Below, piece after piece: positions 13,143 to 26,316 of a stretch of DNA of 64,000 bases. The position numbers and the translations under genes are program-made. Source of the stretch: Squalus acanthias (taxonomy: Eukaryota); the NCBI GenBank assembly GCA_030390025.1, contig CM059433.1, positions 2,852,001-2,916,000 of the forward strand. The letters are read 5' to 3'. The notes beneath the pieces are model-generated. The model saw only the letters and a list, made by a program, of their open reading frames with translations, made no database searches and was not told the origin of the DNA. Position 1 is the first letter of the stretch, and every line of letters starts with the position of its first letter.

Positions 13143-15345
13143 AACATAAGAACATAAGAACATAAGAATTAGGAGCAGGAGTCGGCCATACGGCCCCTCA
13201 AGCCTGCTCGGCCATACGGCCCCTCGAGCCTGCTTCGCCGTACGGCCCCTCGAGCCTGCTCCGCCATACGGCCCCTCGAGCCTGCTCCGCCGTACGGCCC
13301 CTCGAGCCTGCTCCGCCGTACGGCCCCTCGAGCCTGCTCCGCCATACGGCCCCTCGAGCCTGCTCCACCATACGGCCCCTCGAGCCTGCTCCACCGTACG
13401 GCCCCTCGAGCCTGCTCCGCCGTACAGCCCCTCGAGCCTGCTCCGCCATACGGCCCCTCGAGCCTGCTCCGCCATACGGCCCCTCGAGCCTGCTCCGCCA
13501 TACGGCCCCTCGAGCCTGCTCCGCCATACGGCCCCTCGAGCCTGCTCCGCCGTATGGCCCCTCGAGCCTGCTCCGCCATACGGCCCCTCGAGCCTGCTCC
13601 GCCATACGGCCCCTCGAGCCTGCTCCGCCATACGGCCCCTCGAGCCTGCTCGGCCATACGGGCCCTCGAGCCAGCTCCGCCATACGGCCCCTCGAGCCTG
13701 CTCCGCCATTCAATAAGATCATGGCTGATCTTCAACCTCAACTTCACTTTCCCGCCCAATCCCCATATCCCTTGATTCTCCTGGAGTCCAAAAATCTATC
13801 GATCTCTGCCTTGAATATACTCAAAGACTCAGCATCATAGCCCTCTGGGGCAGAGAATTCCAAAGATTCATAACCCTCTGAGTGAAGAAATTCCTCCTCA
13901 TCTCATCCTTAAATGGCTGACCCCTGATCCTGAGACAACGCCCCCTAGTTCTAGACACTCCAGCCAGGGGAAACAACCTCTCAGCATCTACCCTGTCAAT
14001 CCCCCTCAGAATCTTATATGTTTCAATGAGATTACCTCTCATTCTTCTAAACTCCAGAGAATATAGGCCCATTCTACACAATCTCTCATCATAGGACAGC
14101 CCTCTCATCCCAGGAATCAATCTAGTGAACCTTCGTTGCACCGCCTCCAAGGCAAGTATATCCTTGAGACCAAAACTGTGCACAGTACTCCAGGTGTGGT
14201 CTCACCAAAGCCCTGTACAATTGTAGCAAGACTTCCTTACTCTTGTACTTCAACCCCTTGCAATAAAGGACAATATGCCACTTGCCTTCCTAATTGCTTG
14301 CTGTACCTGCATGCTAACTCTCTGTTGACTCTGCCTAATCATATTACGATTTTATAAATGCCCTGTTATCCCTTCCTTACTAATGGATTCCCAATGACTG
14401 ATGTCAGGCTATCTGGCCTGAAGTTTCCCGTTTTCTCTCTCCCTCCTTTCTTGAATAGCGAGGTTATATGCATTACCTTCCAATCTCCTGGGACCATTCT
14501 AGAATCTAGGGAATTTTGGAAGATCACTACCAATGCATCCACTTACTCTGCAGCCACCTCTTTTCGAACCCTAGGATGTAAACCATCAGATCCAGGTGGT
14601 TTGCCAACTTTTAGTCCCATTAGTTTCTCAAGTACTTTTTCTCTACCGATATTAATTACTTTAAGTTCCTCACTCTCATTAGCCCCTTGGTTTCACATTA
14701 TTTTTGGTATACCTTTTGTGTCTCCTATTGTGAAGACAGATACAAAATATTTGTTTAAAGTCTCTGCCATTTCCTTGTTCCCCAATATAATTTCTCCTGT
14801 CTCAGCCTCCAAGGGACCAACGCTTGCTTTTGTTACTTTCTTCTTTTTTATATACTTGTAGAAGCTCTTACAATCTGATTTTATATTTCTTGCTAATTTA
14901 CTCTCATTCTATTTTCTCCCTTTTTATCAGATTTTTGATCATCCTTTGCTGCTTTCTAAAGCTGTCCCAATCTCAGGCTTACTATTATTCTTTGCAACAT
15001 TATAAGCCTCTTCTTTTAGTGTAATAATATCCTTAACTTCTTTAGTTAGCCACAGATGGATCACTTTTCCTGTGGATTTTTTATTTCTCAGTGGAATGTA
15101 TATTCATTGAGAAATTTGGAATATTTCTTTAAATGTTTGCCACTGCTTATCAACCATCATACCTTTTGATCTAATTTCCCAATCTACCTTAGCCAACTCA
15201 CCCCTCATACCTATGAAATTGGCTTTGTTTAAGTTTAGGACTCCTAGTTTCAGACCTTAAGAATGTCACTGTGAAACTCAATGTGAAATTCTATCATAAT
15301 ATGGTCACTTTTCCCGAGAGGATCCTTTATTATAAGATTATAAGA
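13143..15345 (-). mobile_element. CR1 LINE with (AACATAAG)n tail, internal deletions and expanded 3'UTR satellite
   Basis: RT C-terminal ORF 13821-14183; remainder is similar to the copy at 325-2310. Confidence 0.93.
13183..13702. repeat. Minisatellite: 20 copies of 26-bp CCGCCATACGGCCCCTCGAGCCTGCT
   Basis: 520 bp = 20x26; unit is the CR1 3'UTR stem-loop segment seen once at 21693-21722 and 30430-30460. Confidence 0.97.
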
Positions 15346-15359
15346 ATGTTGGAAGTTCA

Positions 15360-16305
15360 CTACCAATGCATCCACTATCTCTGCAGCCACCGCTTTTAGA
15401 ACCCTAGGCCGTCAGGTCCAGAGGATTTGTTGGCTATTAGTCCCCTTAATTTCTCAAGGACTTTTTCTCTACTGATATTAATTACTTTAAGTTCCTCACT
15501 CTCATTAGCCCCCTGGTTCCCCGCTATGTTTGGTATGCTTTTTGTGTCTTCTACTGTGAAGACAGATTCAAAATATTTGTTTAAAGTCTCGGCCATTTCC
15601 TTATTCCCCATTCTAAGTTCTCCTGTCTCAGCCTCTAAGGGACTTGTATTTGCTTTTGCTACTCTCTTCCTTTTTACATACTTGTAGAAGCTCTTACAAT
15701 CTGTTTTTATATTTCTTGCTAGTTTACTCTCATTCTATTTTCTCCCTTTTTATCAATTTTTTTGGTCATCTGATGTTGGTTTCTAAAGCTCTCCCAATCC
15801 TCAGGCTTACTATTATTCTTCACAACATTATAAGCCTCTTCCTTCAATCTAATACTATCCTTAACTTCTTTAGTTAGCCATGGATGGATCACTTTTCCCA
15901 TGGAGTTTTTATTTCTCATTGAAATGTATATTCATTGAGAATTTTGGAATATTTATTTAAATGCTTGTCACTGCTTATCTACTGTCATACCTTTTAATCT
16001 AATTTCCCAATCTACCTTAGCCAACTCGCCCCTTATTTCTATGTAATTAGATTTATTTACGTTTTAGACTCTAGTTTCGTATTTAAGTATTTCACTCTCA
16101 AACCCAACGTGAAATTCTATCATTATGATCACTCTTCCCCTAAAGACCCTTTACTATGAGATTACTAATTAACCCTGTCTCATTACACAATACAAGAACT
16201 AAAGAGCCTGTTCCCTGGTTGGTTCTGCAACGTATTGTTCTAAGAAACTGTCTTGAATGCATTCCATGAACTCGTCCTCTAGACTACCTTTGCCAATTTG
16301 ATTTG
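15360..16305 (-). mobile_element. CR1 ORF2 internal fragment (second copy abutting the previous one)
   Basis: MGNKEMAETLNKYF..SGPDG and PWLTKEVKDSIRLKEEAY. Confidence 0.9.
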
Positions 16306-18275
16306 CTCTTCAGCTTCTGTGTCCTTCCATTCAAAACCCCCTCCTCAAAAATCCTACCGTCAAGTCCCCTGTTCTTGGAAACTACCAACCCATCTCTAAC
16401 CTTTTGTTGCTCTCCCAAGTTCTTGAAGATGTTGTTGCCTCCCAAATCTGTGCCCATCTTTCCTGCAACCCAATGCCTGAATCGCTCCACTCAGGTTTCC
16501 ATCTTTGCCACAGCACTGAAGTGACCCTAATTAAAGACACAAATTACCTTCTCTGTAACAATTACTGTGGATGTTTATCCCTCCTCATCCTCCTCGATCT
16601 CTCTACACCCTTTGACATGGTCGACCACACCATGCTCCTCCAATGACTTTCCACCATTGTCCAGCTCAGTGGGACTCCCCTCGCTTGGTTCCACTCTTAT
16701 AGAAACATAGAAGATAGGAGCAGGAGTAGGCTATTTGGCCCCTCAAGTCTGTTCTGCCATTTAATGAGATCATGGCTGATCATCCAAATTCAGTACCGTG
16801 TCCCTGCTTTCTCCCCATATCCCTTGATCCATTTAGTATTAAGAAATATATCTAACTCCTTCTTGAATATATTTAATGAATTGGCCTCAACTGCCTTCTG
16901 TGGTAGAGAATTCCACAGGTTCACCACTCTTTGGGTGAAGAAACTCCTCCTCATCTCAGTCCTAAATGGCTTACCCCTTATCCTTAGACTGTGACCCCTG
17001 GTTCTGGACTCTCCCGCCATCGGGAACATCCTTCCTGCATCTAGTCTGTCTAGTCCTGTTAGAATTTTATAAGTTTCAATGAGATCCCCTCTCATTCTTC
17101 TAAACTCCAGCGAATATAAGCCCAATCGACCCAATCTCTCTTTATACATCATTCCTGCCATCCCAGGTATCAGTCTGGTGAATCTTCGCTGCACTCCCTC
17201 CATGGCAAGAACATCCTTCTTCAGATAAGGCGACCAAAACTGCACACAATACTCAAGGTGTGGTCTCACCAAGGCCCTGTACAACTGCAGCAAGACATCC
17301 TTGCTCCTGTACTCGAATCCTCTCGCTATGAAGGCCAACATACCATTTGCCTTCTTAACCGCCTGCTGCACCTGCATGCTTACCTTCAGCGATTGGTGCA
17401 CAAGGACTCCCAGATTTCGTTGCACTTCCCCTTTTCCCAATCTATTGCCTTTCAGATAATAATCTGTCTTCCTGTTTTTGCCACCAAAGTGGATAACCTC
17501 GCATTTATCCACATTATACTGCATCTGCCATGCATCTGCCCAATCACCCAACCTGTCCAAATCAGACTGGAGTTTCTCTGCATCCTCCTCACAGCACACA
17601 CGCCCACCCAGCTTTGTGTCGTCTGCAAACTTAGAGATATTACATCTAGTTCCCTCGTCTAGATCATTAATATATATATTGTGAATAGCTGGGGTCCTAG
17701 CACCGATCCCTGTGGTACCCCACTAGTCACTGCCTGCCACTCGGAAAAAGACCCATTTATTCCAACTCTTTGCTTCCTGTCTGCCAACCAGTTCTCTATC
17801 CAAATCAGTACCTCACCCCCAATCCCATGTGCTTTAACTTTGCACGCTAATCTCTTATGCGGGACCTTATCGAAAGCCTTCTGAAAGTCCAAATACACCA
17901 CATCCACTGTTTCTCCCTTATCTATTCTACCAGTTACATCCTCAAAAAATTCCAGTAAATCAGTCAACCTTTTGTAAATCCATGTTGACTTTGTCCAATC
18001 CTGTCACTGTTTTCCAAGTGCTCTGCTATTACATCTTTTATAATAGACTCTAGTGTCCTATTCGACCCTGAGCTGAGCTTCCGACTTCATATACTCTCCA
18101 TACAAAAAGCGTCAACTTCGACCTCCGTAACATTGTCCACCTCCACCCCTACCTCAGCTCATTTGCCTCTGAAACTCTCATCCCTGCCTTTCTCACTTCC
18201 AAACTCAACTATTGCAAAGCTCTCCTGGCCAGCCTCCCATCCTCCACCCTCTGTGAACTTCAGCTCATCCAAATC
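16306..18275 (+). mobile_element. Old L2 LINE RT fragment, interrupted by CR1 16700-18050
   Basis: ESLHSGF..HSTEVTLIK..LLILLDLSTPFDMVDH; resumes ~18052 with FDPELSF / KLNYCKALLASLP-like sequence. Confidence 0.8.
16700..18050 (-). mobile_element. CR1 LINE 3' 1.35 kb
   Basis: ORFs 17659-17967 and 16790-17599 (LDFQKAFDKVPH, PQGSVLGP, LEYCVQFWSP); ATAGAAAC tail. Confidence 0.95.
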
Positions 18276-18679
18276 TCTTTCTTTGTCTTATGGATGGCGG
18301 AGATCATGAGGATATAGATGTTAGAAGTTCAAAAAAAGGGAATACACAGCAGCTTGGAGGATATTATTTTCAAAAAGCCCAGGAGCTAGTTTGCAGGGGC
18401 TACAGTGAACTGAAATTGCTTGCAGAGAAACTTAACTTTTCTAATGATGCGCCTCTTGTGTCACCAACTTTTATCTCTTTATCTCTTGTTGTCTGTCTGG
18501 TGAAGCACCAGCATGCCGTACAAGTACATGACAATGACACTTTCCCATGCTCATATAAGTAGGTGAATGAAAATAGGAAATGAAACAGCCCGAGAGACAA
18601 GTAAGGAATAAAAGGCTCAGATAAAATCAACAAATCAGAGATGATAGAATCAACAAATTAGACACACCAACAGAAACTG

Positions 18680-18830
18680 TTAAATCTCTAACTTCTTCTG
18701 CCGAAAGGTCATCGACCCGAAACGTTAACGCTGTTTCTCTCTCCACAGATGCTCCCTGACCTGCTGAGTATTTCCAGCATTTTCTGTTTTCATTTCAGAT
18801 TTCCAGAATCCACAGTATTTTGCTTTTGTC
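18680..18830 (+). mobile_element. Penelope-derived tail repeat with degenerate hammerhead motif (18698-18730)
   Basis: CTGCCGA-AAGGTC-ATC-GACCC-GAAA-CGTT, then GATGCTCCCTGACCTGCTGAGTATTTCCAGCA shared with 28900-29000 and 60930-61035. Confidence 0.75.
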
Positions 18831-18888
18831 CAACAGAAAAAGTCAATTTTTCTCCATTCTTTCTTCAATGATGCCAATTGGACATACA

Positions 18889-19537
18889 GGCCGGAATTTT
18901 CTTTGGGGAGGCGGGTTGGGGGGGGTCAGGGGGGGTGCGGGGGGTGTGGTCAGAGGCGGGCGGGAAACCCGGGTGGCCGAGTTTACCGGCAGGGCCTAAT
19001 TTGAATGTGAGGCCTCGGTTTCCTGCCCGCAGCCAGCCAGCTTGAGCGACTAGTTGGCTGCGGGCGGGTAGGCCTCAGTTGCGAGGGGTCGGTCCGAGGT
19101 AGCGATCGTGGGAGGGGGATCGGGGATCGGCGGGAGGGGTGGTTAGGGACCGTGGGGGGGGTCGGAGATTGGAGGGGGTGTGGTCGGGACCCTGGATCCA
19201 GGAGGTGGGTATAAAGCCACTTACCTCCTGGATGCAGCAGCCCCCACCTCGGTTTAACTGCCGGGTTTCACGAACTGTGTAAAACCCGTCCACAGGCTGT
19301 TAAACTCAAAATGGAGGTGAAAATAGAGGCTTCCAGCCTCATTACAATATTTAAATTGACGTACCACTCCCCTGGGAGAAGGTTGGTCGCCCGCCCCCCC
19401 TGTCCCGCCCCCGCCCGCCTCTGGGAAAACCGGAAGTGGGCGGGTTGGAGGCGGAATCAGGTCGGGATTCACATTTTTAACAATTTAATTGCCTCCACGC
19501 TTCAAACCCACCCTTTTTTAATGGGAAAATGCCGACC
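18889..19537. mobile_element. Harbinger-type MITE
   Basis: TIR GGCCGGAATTTTC / GAAAATGCCGACC; 3-bp flanks ACA/ATA; related to 27073-27710 and 38279-39123. Confidence 0.75.
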
Positions 19538-20791
19538 ATAGTGATCAAGCAGAATATACACACATCACTTATATTAGCAGATAACATAATTAGGCCTTCA
19601 TTACAAGGGTCCGATTAGCCCATGATTGTACCATACAGTACGATGTGTGATAAACAACTTGTAGAGTAAATGAGGAAAACAATAGTATCGAGTTCATGTT
19701 CTGGGCACCAGGAGACCATGAACGAATAATTAAATGATAACTCACATGTATCAATGATGTATGGGATTCCCAAGAGCCACAGGTAATACACAAGCCATGG
19801 CTGATAGAAACTGCAACACTTAGAATGGATTATTGCTGGTTCACCAGAAGGGAAAAAATGTGAATTATTTCTATAATGTCACAACATTGATTTTAGACAA
19901 CATTGAAGAAATGAAGAGAGTGTCAGAAGAGAGAGAGGTTTAAACCGAATAACATTAAAGGATAACTTTCAGGGAAAAACAAATCAGTTGATGTGTGTCT
20001 AGAATACGGCGAGGTTTCAGTCAGAGTGCGGGGCGTAACAAGGAGAGAAACTATTTTCTGGATATTTAATGGAAAAGCATGAAATTGCATTTCAAGGGAA
20101 ATGAGCAGGTTGTTTATTTTTGAAAGTAATTCAGCTGATCTCCATCTCTTTCAGGAATGACTATAAACAAAGACCGGCTTCATATGTCACACAATTCACA
20201 TACCAGTGTGTAATATTCACTGTTATTTTCTTTACGGAACAGAATTTCAGCAAAAGAAAATGATGTGATGAAGAACACCTTTGTTTCACAGAGATGGTAA
20301 TGTGTTTCATTGTCAAGCCAATAAAATGCAGTGACTGGTTACAAATAGTGGAGATACCCTAGCTCCAACTTGGAAGTGACGAATTATTATAGTTTAGTTT
20401 ACAGGTCTCAGATAAAGGATTAGAAGACCGGCAAAAGCAAAAATTGCATTTTTTAATCCTTCGCCTACCATTGGTTATTATTCCTCCCCTCCCTTTGATA
20501 GGTGCCGCCCTCTCTGCAACAGACCAATCCCGAATTGAGAAGAGCAGGCATGTGAACGGTCCCCAGTCCTGGGTTGGTACTGCGCAGCAACCAGCCTGTA
20601 AGGAGGCAGCCAAAAGTTTTGAAGGTTAAATTGACTTTAAATTTGTTTCTTCCCACTTTGACGGTTCAGAGTCAGACTTCCATCCATTATGAGGACAATT
20701 GAGTTTGATTGATGGTGCTGTTCTCCGCTATTGGTGCTGTTGTGGGGATATTCAACCACAGGGAACTGAACAGAGATAGGCCACGAAAGAA

Positions 20792-21140
20792 ATAGAATCA
20801 CAGAATCATAGACTGATACAGCACAGAAGGCGGCCATTCAGCCCATCGTGCCTGTGCTGGCTCTTTGAAAGAGCTACCTAATTAGTTCCATTCCTCTGCC
20901 CTTTCCCCATAGCACTGTAAATATTTCGCCTTCAAGTATTTATCCAATTCCCTTTTGAAAGTTACTATTGAATCAGCTTCCACCGCCCTTTCAGGCAGCA
21001 CATTCCAGATCATTACAACTCACCACATAAAAAAGTTTCTCCTCATCTCCACCCTGGTCCTTTTGCCAATCATCTTAAATCTGTGTCCTCTGGTTACCGA
21101 CCCTCCTGCAACTGGAAACAGTTTCTCCTTATTTACTCTA
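20792..21140 (-). mobile_element. CR1 3' end with (ATAGAATC)n tail
   Basis: Same 3'UTR as 47780-47900 (reverse complement). Confidence 0.85.
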
Positions 21141-21354
21141 TATCAAAATCCCAGTATATGGTGAAAGCAGAACATACAGTGGTCAGTCAGTACTTGAAAG
21201 AAAAAGAGATTGGTCACTTTTCAAAAATTGTTTGTCAGAATCACAAATACTGATTTAGTTTTCTTCCTGAGGCAATAGAAATTCTTTGCACCAAGACATA
21301 AGGGAGATAATTAAGCCCAAGAGGTGGTGCAGGAAGATTCATCAGGTGATCCAT

Positions 21355-21600
21355 AATGTCAAAGGTCTGAGTTATGAGGAAGACTGGAGAAACTTTAGCC
21401 CGTCAGTCTCGAAAGAAGGTGAATGAGAGGGGATGTCACAGAGGGACATACGAGAGTAAAAAGGTGAATTTGCAGCAATACTTTAATATGAACAGCGACG
21501 TTCGGACAAAAGATACAAATTGAAATTGGTAAAGGGCAAATTTAGGACTGATGCCACTAAGTTCTTCTTCACACCAAGGGTGAATAATAGTACAGCAGAA
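21355..21600 (+). mobile_element. Old CR1 RT C-terminal fragment
   Basis: GLSYEERLEKL and FRTD..KFFFT-R-like remnants. Confidence 0.6.
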
Positions 21601-21667
21601 GCCTGATGCGCTGGTGCGCTGAAGTATGTCCACTCACAGAAACATTGGGCACGGAGGCCTGAGGCTT

Positions 21668-24045
21668 AACATAAGAATTAGGAGCTTGAGTCAGCCATAC
21701 CGCCCCTCGAGCCTGCTCCGCCATTCAATGAGATCATGATCTTCGACCTCAAATCCGCTTTCCTGCCCGATCCCCCTATCCCTCGATTCCTCTGGAGTTC
21801 AAAAATCTATCGATCTCAGCCTTAAATATATTCAATGACTGAGCATCCACAACACTTTGGGGTAGAGAATTCCAAAGATTCACAACCCTCTGAGTGAAGA
21901 AATTCCTCCTCATCTCAGTCTTAAAAGGCCGACCCCCTTATCCTGAGACTGTGACCCCTGGTTCAAGACACTCCAGTCAGGGGAAACAACCTCTCAGCTT
22001 CTACCCTGTCAATCCCCCTCAGAATCTTATATGTTTCAATGAGATCACCTCTCATTCTTCTAAACTCCGGAGAGTATCGGCCCATTCTACTCAATCTCTC
22101 CTCATAGGACAACCCTCTCATCCCAGGAATCAATCTAGTGAACGTTTGTTGCACCGCCTCTAAGGCAAGTATATCCTTCCTTAAGTAAGGAGACCAAAAC
22201 TGTGCATAGTACTCCAGGTGTGGTCTCACCAAGGCCCTGTACAATTGTAGCAAGACTTCCTTACTCTTATACTCCAACCCCTTTGCAATAAAGGCCAACA
22301 TGCCATTTGCCTTCCTAATTGCTTGCTGTAACTGCATGCTAACTCTCTGTGTTTCTTGTACTAGGACACCGTAATCTCCCTGAACACCAACATTTAATAG
22401 TTTCTCACCAGCACGTTGGGGCGTAACCGAGTTAAGGCCGAACATTTAGTGTCTGGCGCGGTAGTACCGCCCCGGCCGCTAAATTCAGTTCACAATGGAG
22501 CACAATCTCGAGCACTCCACTCCCGGGTGGGCAGTAACCCAGATGATGTTGGGCCGCGATTGGCAGTGCTCGGCGGAGGCCCCGCGGACGCTGCCACTTT
22601 TCAACTCCGCTCTCCTTCAGTTAAAGGGGAGGGGCCGTTACACACGCTGCAGGGCCTCCGATGGCCCACACTAGGCCACGGGGGTGGCATGGTGCCGTGG
22701 CCACATCCCAGCACCGAGACACGGTGCCGGGCTGCGCAATGGCGGCCAGGGCCACGCCACGGGCCACCGCGAAGGGCCGACCTGGAGGTGAGCCAGAAAA
22801 AGAAAATGGCGGCCCGGGTCGCGGCTGCAGCTCCCCATTAAATACCGCCCCGCGATGGAAGGTCGGCCCAGTTCGTGACCCGCGAGGCTGGCGCTGACAC
22901 CGCCCACGGCAGCCTCGCGGGACGCAGCCGAATTTCTGCCACGGGCCGCTAAGGCCTCACGGCGCACGGCAGTGACGTCATCGCCGGCGGCGCAGCGGCC
23001 CAGGGTGTTACTGGCGGGGGCGCGCGCTATCGGGTAGCGCCTCAGCAACACCCCGCCGAATATCTCGGGAGGCGCTTCTTTCGCTCCCCCCTCCCCCCCA
23101 GGCGATAAGCACTTTGTGCCCGTTAGCGCCCCCCGGAGGCAATAATGACAGGCGCAAAGGAGCCAAATTTCTAGCCCTCTGTTTTTCTATTCTTCCGACC
23201 AAAGTGAATAACCTCACATTTCCCTACATTATACTCCATCTGCCACCTTACTGCCCACTCACTTAGTCTATCTGTATCCCTTTGCAGACTCTTTGTGTCC
23301 TCCTCACAGCTTACTGTCCCACCTAACTTTGTATTGTCAGCAAACTTGGACACATTACACTCGGTCCCTTCACCTAGGTCATTAATATAGATTGTAAATA
23401 ACTGAGGCCCCAACACTGATCTTTGCGGCACCCCACTAGGTACAGCCTGCCAACCTGAAAATGACCCGTTTATCCCTACTCTCTGTTTTCTGTCCGTTAA
23501 CCAATCCTCTATCCATGCTAATACATTACCCCCAAACCCATGTACCCTAATCTTGCTTAACAACCTTTTATGTGGCAACTTATTGAATGCCTTTTGGAAA
23601 TCCAAATATACTACATTCCCTGGTTCCCCTTTGTCTACCCTGCTAGTTACATCCTCAAAAAACTCTAATAAATTTGTCAAACACGATTTCCCATTCATAA
23701 AACCATGTTGACTCTGCCTAATCATGTTAAGATTTTCTAAGTGACTTGATACCACTTCCTTAATAATGGATTCCAGCATTTTCCCGACGACAGATGTCAG
23801 GCTAACTGGCCTGTATTTCCCTGTTTTCTTTCTCCCTCCTTTCTTGAATATCGGGGTTATATTTGCTATCTTCCAATCCGCTGGGACCGTTCCTGAATCT
23901 AGAGAATTCTGGAAGATCACAACCAATGCATGCACTATCTCTGCAGCCACCTCTTTTAAAACCCTAGGATGTAGGCCATCCGGTCCAGGGGATTTGTCGG
24001 CTTTTAGTTCCATTAATTTCTCAAGTACTTTTTCTCCAGTAATAT
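21668..24045 (-). mobile_element. CR1 LINE RT, interrupted by a MITE at 22411-23177
   Basis: ORFs 23171-24013 and 21963-22410 are contiguous RT halves. Confidence 0.95.
22411..23177. mobile_element. GC-rich Harbinger-type MITE, one end truncated
   Basis: Right end AATTTCTAGCCC; TAGCGCC subterminal motifs shared with 25655-26316 and 59588-60437. Confidence 0.7.
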
Positions 24046-24235
24046 GAATCCATCATTCCTCTGTTTCTTTCTCAATCCTTAAATTTCATTGGTTAAGGAG
24101 ATAGCCTGTTGGTTCCGTCACTCCCGGATGCCCTGTTGCCCTCACTGCACCGTTATCAGTTCACACTTCCAGCAACTTATGGGGCAAAATTATTTCGAGC
24201 TGAATAATGAGGGAAAAAGTCTAACCATCGGGAAA

Positions 24236-25030
24236 AGAAGTAGGAGTTCCTCAGGGCAGTGTCCTAGGCCCAACCATCTTCTGCTGCTTCATCAATGACC
24301 TTCCCTCCAACATAAGGTCAGAAATGGGGATGTTCGCTGATGACTGCACAGTGTTCAGTGCCATTCGCAACTCCTCAGATAATGAAGCAGTCCATGCCCG
24401 CATGCAGCAAGACCTGGACAACATTCAGGCTTGGGTTGATAAGTGGCAAGTAATATTCGTGCCACACAAGTGCCAGGCAATGACTATCTCCAACAAGAGA
24501 GTTTCTAACCACCGCCCCTTGACATTCAACGGCATTACCATCGCCGAATCCCCCACCATCAGTATTCTGGGAGTTACCATTGACCATAAACTTAACAGGA
24601 CCTGCCACATAAATACTCTGGCTACAAGAGCTGGTCAGAGGCTGGGTATTCTGTGGCAAGTGTCTCACCTCCTGACTCCCCAAAGCCTTTCCACCATCTA
24701 CAAGGCACAAGTCAGAAGTGTGATGGAAGACTTTGGATAAGTGCAGCTCCAACAACACTCAAGAAACTCAACACCATCCAGGACAAAGCAGCCCGCTTGA
24801 TTGGCACCCCATCCACCACCTTAAACATTCAATCCCTCCACCACCGGCGCACCGTGGCTGCAGTGTGTACCATCTACAAGATGCACTGCAGCAACTCGCC
24901 AAGGCTTCTTCGGCAGCACCTCCCAAACCCGCGACCTCTTCCACCGAGAAGGACAAGGGCAGCAGGCGCATGGGAATAAATGCTGCCCTTGCCAGTGACG
25001 CCCACATCCTGTGAATGAATAAATAAATTT
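24236..25030 (+). mobile_element. LINE family B 3' fragment (small 3' internal deletion)
   Basis: GVPQGSVLGP, MFADD; near-identical to 9479-10470 reverse complement. Confidence 0.93.
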
Positions 25031-25487
25031 TTTAAAAAGCCCCAACAAATTCTAGGCCAAAGTCTTCTCCTGGATAAATAAATCATTGCAGCTGAAAGGT
25101 TAGAATCATAGAATCATAGAATGCTTACAGCACAGAAGGAGGCCATTCAGCCCATCGAGCCCGTGCCGGCTTAACATTGTTCACATAAGTGAACAATAAT
25201 ATTGTTTGGAAAGTACTGCGGTTCTATTAGCCATCAGCATCCATTACTTACTTTACTGAAGTGATAAATGTTAATTAACCCCTTGGGGGGGGGGGGTCAC
25301 TAATGACCACAATGTTGGATCCAGATAATGTTACAAGTTATATGGGTAATTGTGGCTTCATGTTTGTTTCGAGGCATGAATCAGCAATATCATTAATCGA
25401 AACAAGACAGGTAGATAATTAAAAAAAAAACAAAGAACCAAAGTAAGTTGTTGTATATAAACCAAATTGGTTGCTTGCAGGTATATA

Positions 25488-25595
25488 AGAAAGAAAGACT
25501 GACTAGCGCCTTTCATGACCCCTGAATGTCCCAAAGTGCTTTACAGCCAATGAAGTACTTTTTTGAAGTGTAATCACTGTTGTAATGTAGGAAAC
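25488..25595 (-). mobile_element. DeuSINE 3' tail fragment
   Basis: CCCAAAGTGCTTTACAGCCAATGAAGTACTT motif shared with the other SINE copies. Confidence 0.7.
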
Positions 25596-25654
25596 AAACA
25601 TCTATGGGTTTCCAATTTAACTCTTTCATATGTTTTTTGTTTCAAAAACACTTT

Positions 25655-26316
25655 CAGGGAAAAATTGGGTCGCGCCCCCTTTGGGGCGCTAACTTCGCCG
25701 GGGTGCTACTTTTAGCGCCCCGAAAAAGTTAGCGTCCCCGCGCCCGAAATTCATTGGTAGCGCCTCAAGCAGGAGGCGGGGCACTACTGGAAGCGCTCCC
25801 CCTCCCTCTTGGGGCGCTACAGCCCAATATCGCGGCGTTACGTGCCGCAGCGCCACACACGCCGGCATGTCACACCGCGGTACTGCAGGCTTCCCTCGCC
25901 TGATTTAAGGGACGGGGCCTTGCGCAGCGCGAACCGGGGCCCAGCTGGACCACCAGGGAGTGGGGTGCCAGGAAAAGAGCCCGACCGTGGCCAGCAGCCC
26001 ACGGGAGGAGGGCAGAGGGGGCAGGTGCCTGGCAATAGCTGCCCAGCACCTCCCCTTTAAATATCGCCGCCCCAGCCACACGTACGCCCCCTGACCCTGT
26101 CGGACATAGTGTCCGGTGGTAGGTCAGGGGGAGCGACCAAAGTTTGCAGCCGTGGTGTGAGTGGGGCACTGTGCACGGCTACCGCCGCCACTAATCTCCG
26201 GCTGAATTTCGCAGGAGGCGTTAGTGGCGCCGCGCCCTGGCGCTAGGTGCTTTGTGTCCTGTTAACGCCCCCTTAAGGTGCTAACGGGAAGCGCAAAGCA
26301 ACCGAATTTTGCCCCC
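25655..26316. mobile_element. GC-rich Harbinger-type MITE
   Basis: ~12-bp TIR CAGGGAAAAATT / AATTTTGCCCCC with TTT flanks; inverted homolog at 61035-61714. Confidence 0.8.

Noticed and set aside
13137..13759. Three long repetitive ORFs / CRISPR-like array
   Set aside because: Head-to-tail 26-bp units with no spacers; the ORFs are a by-product of a stop-free unit derived from the CR1 3'UTR
19746..19872. Minus-strand exon candidate (..FYQPWLVYYLWLLGIPYIIDT|GTGAGT)
   Set aside because: Good donor but ambiguous acceptor and frame, no recognisable homology, and no phase-compatible neighbour
22411..23177. CpG-island / host promoter (also 25655-26316 and 61035-61714)
   Set aside because: GC-rich blocks are mutually homologous MITEs with TIRs; this one interrupts a CR1 RT
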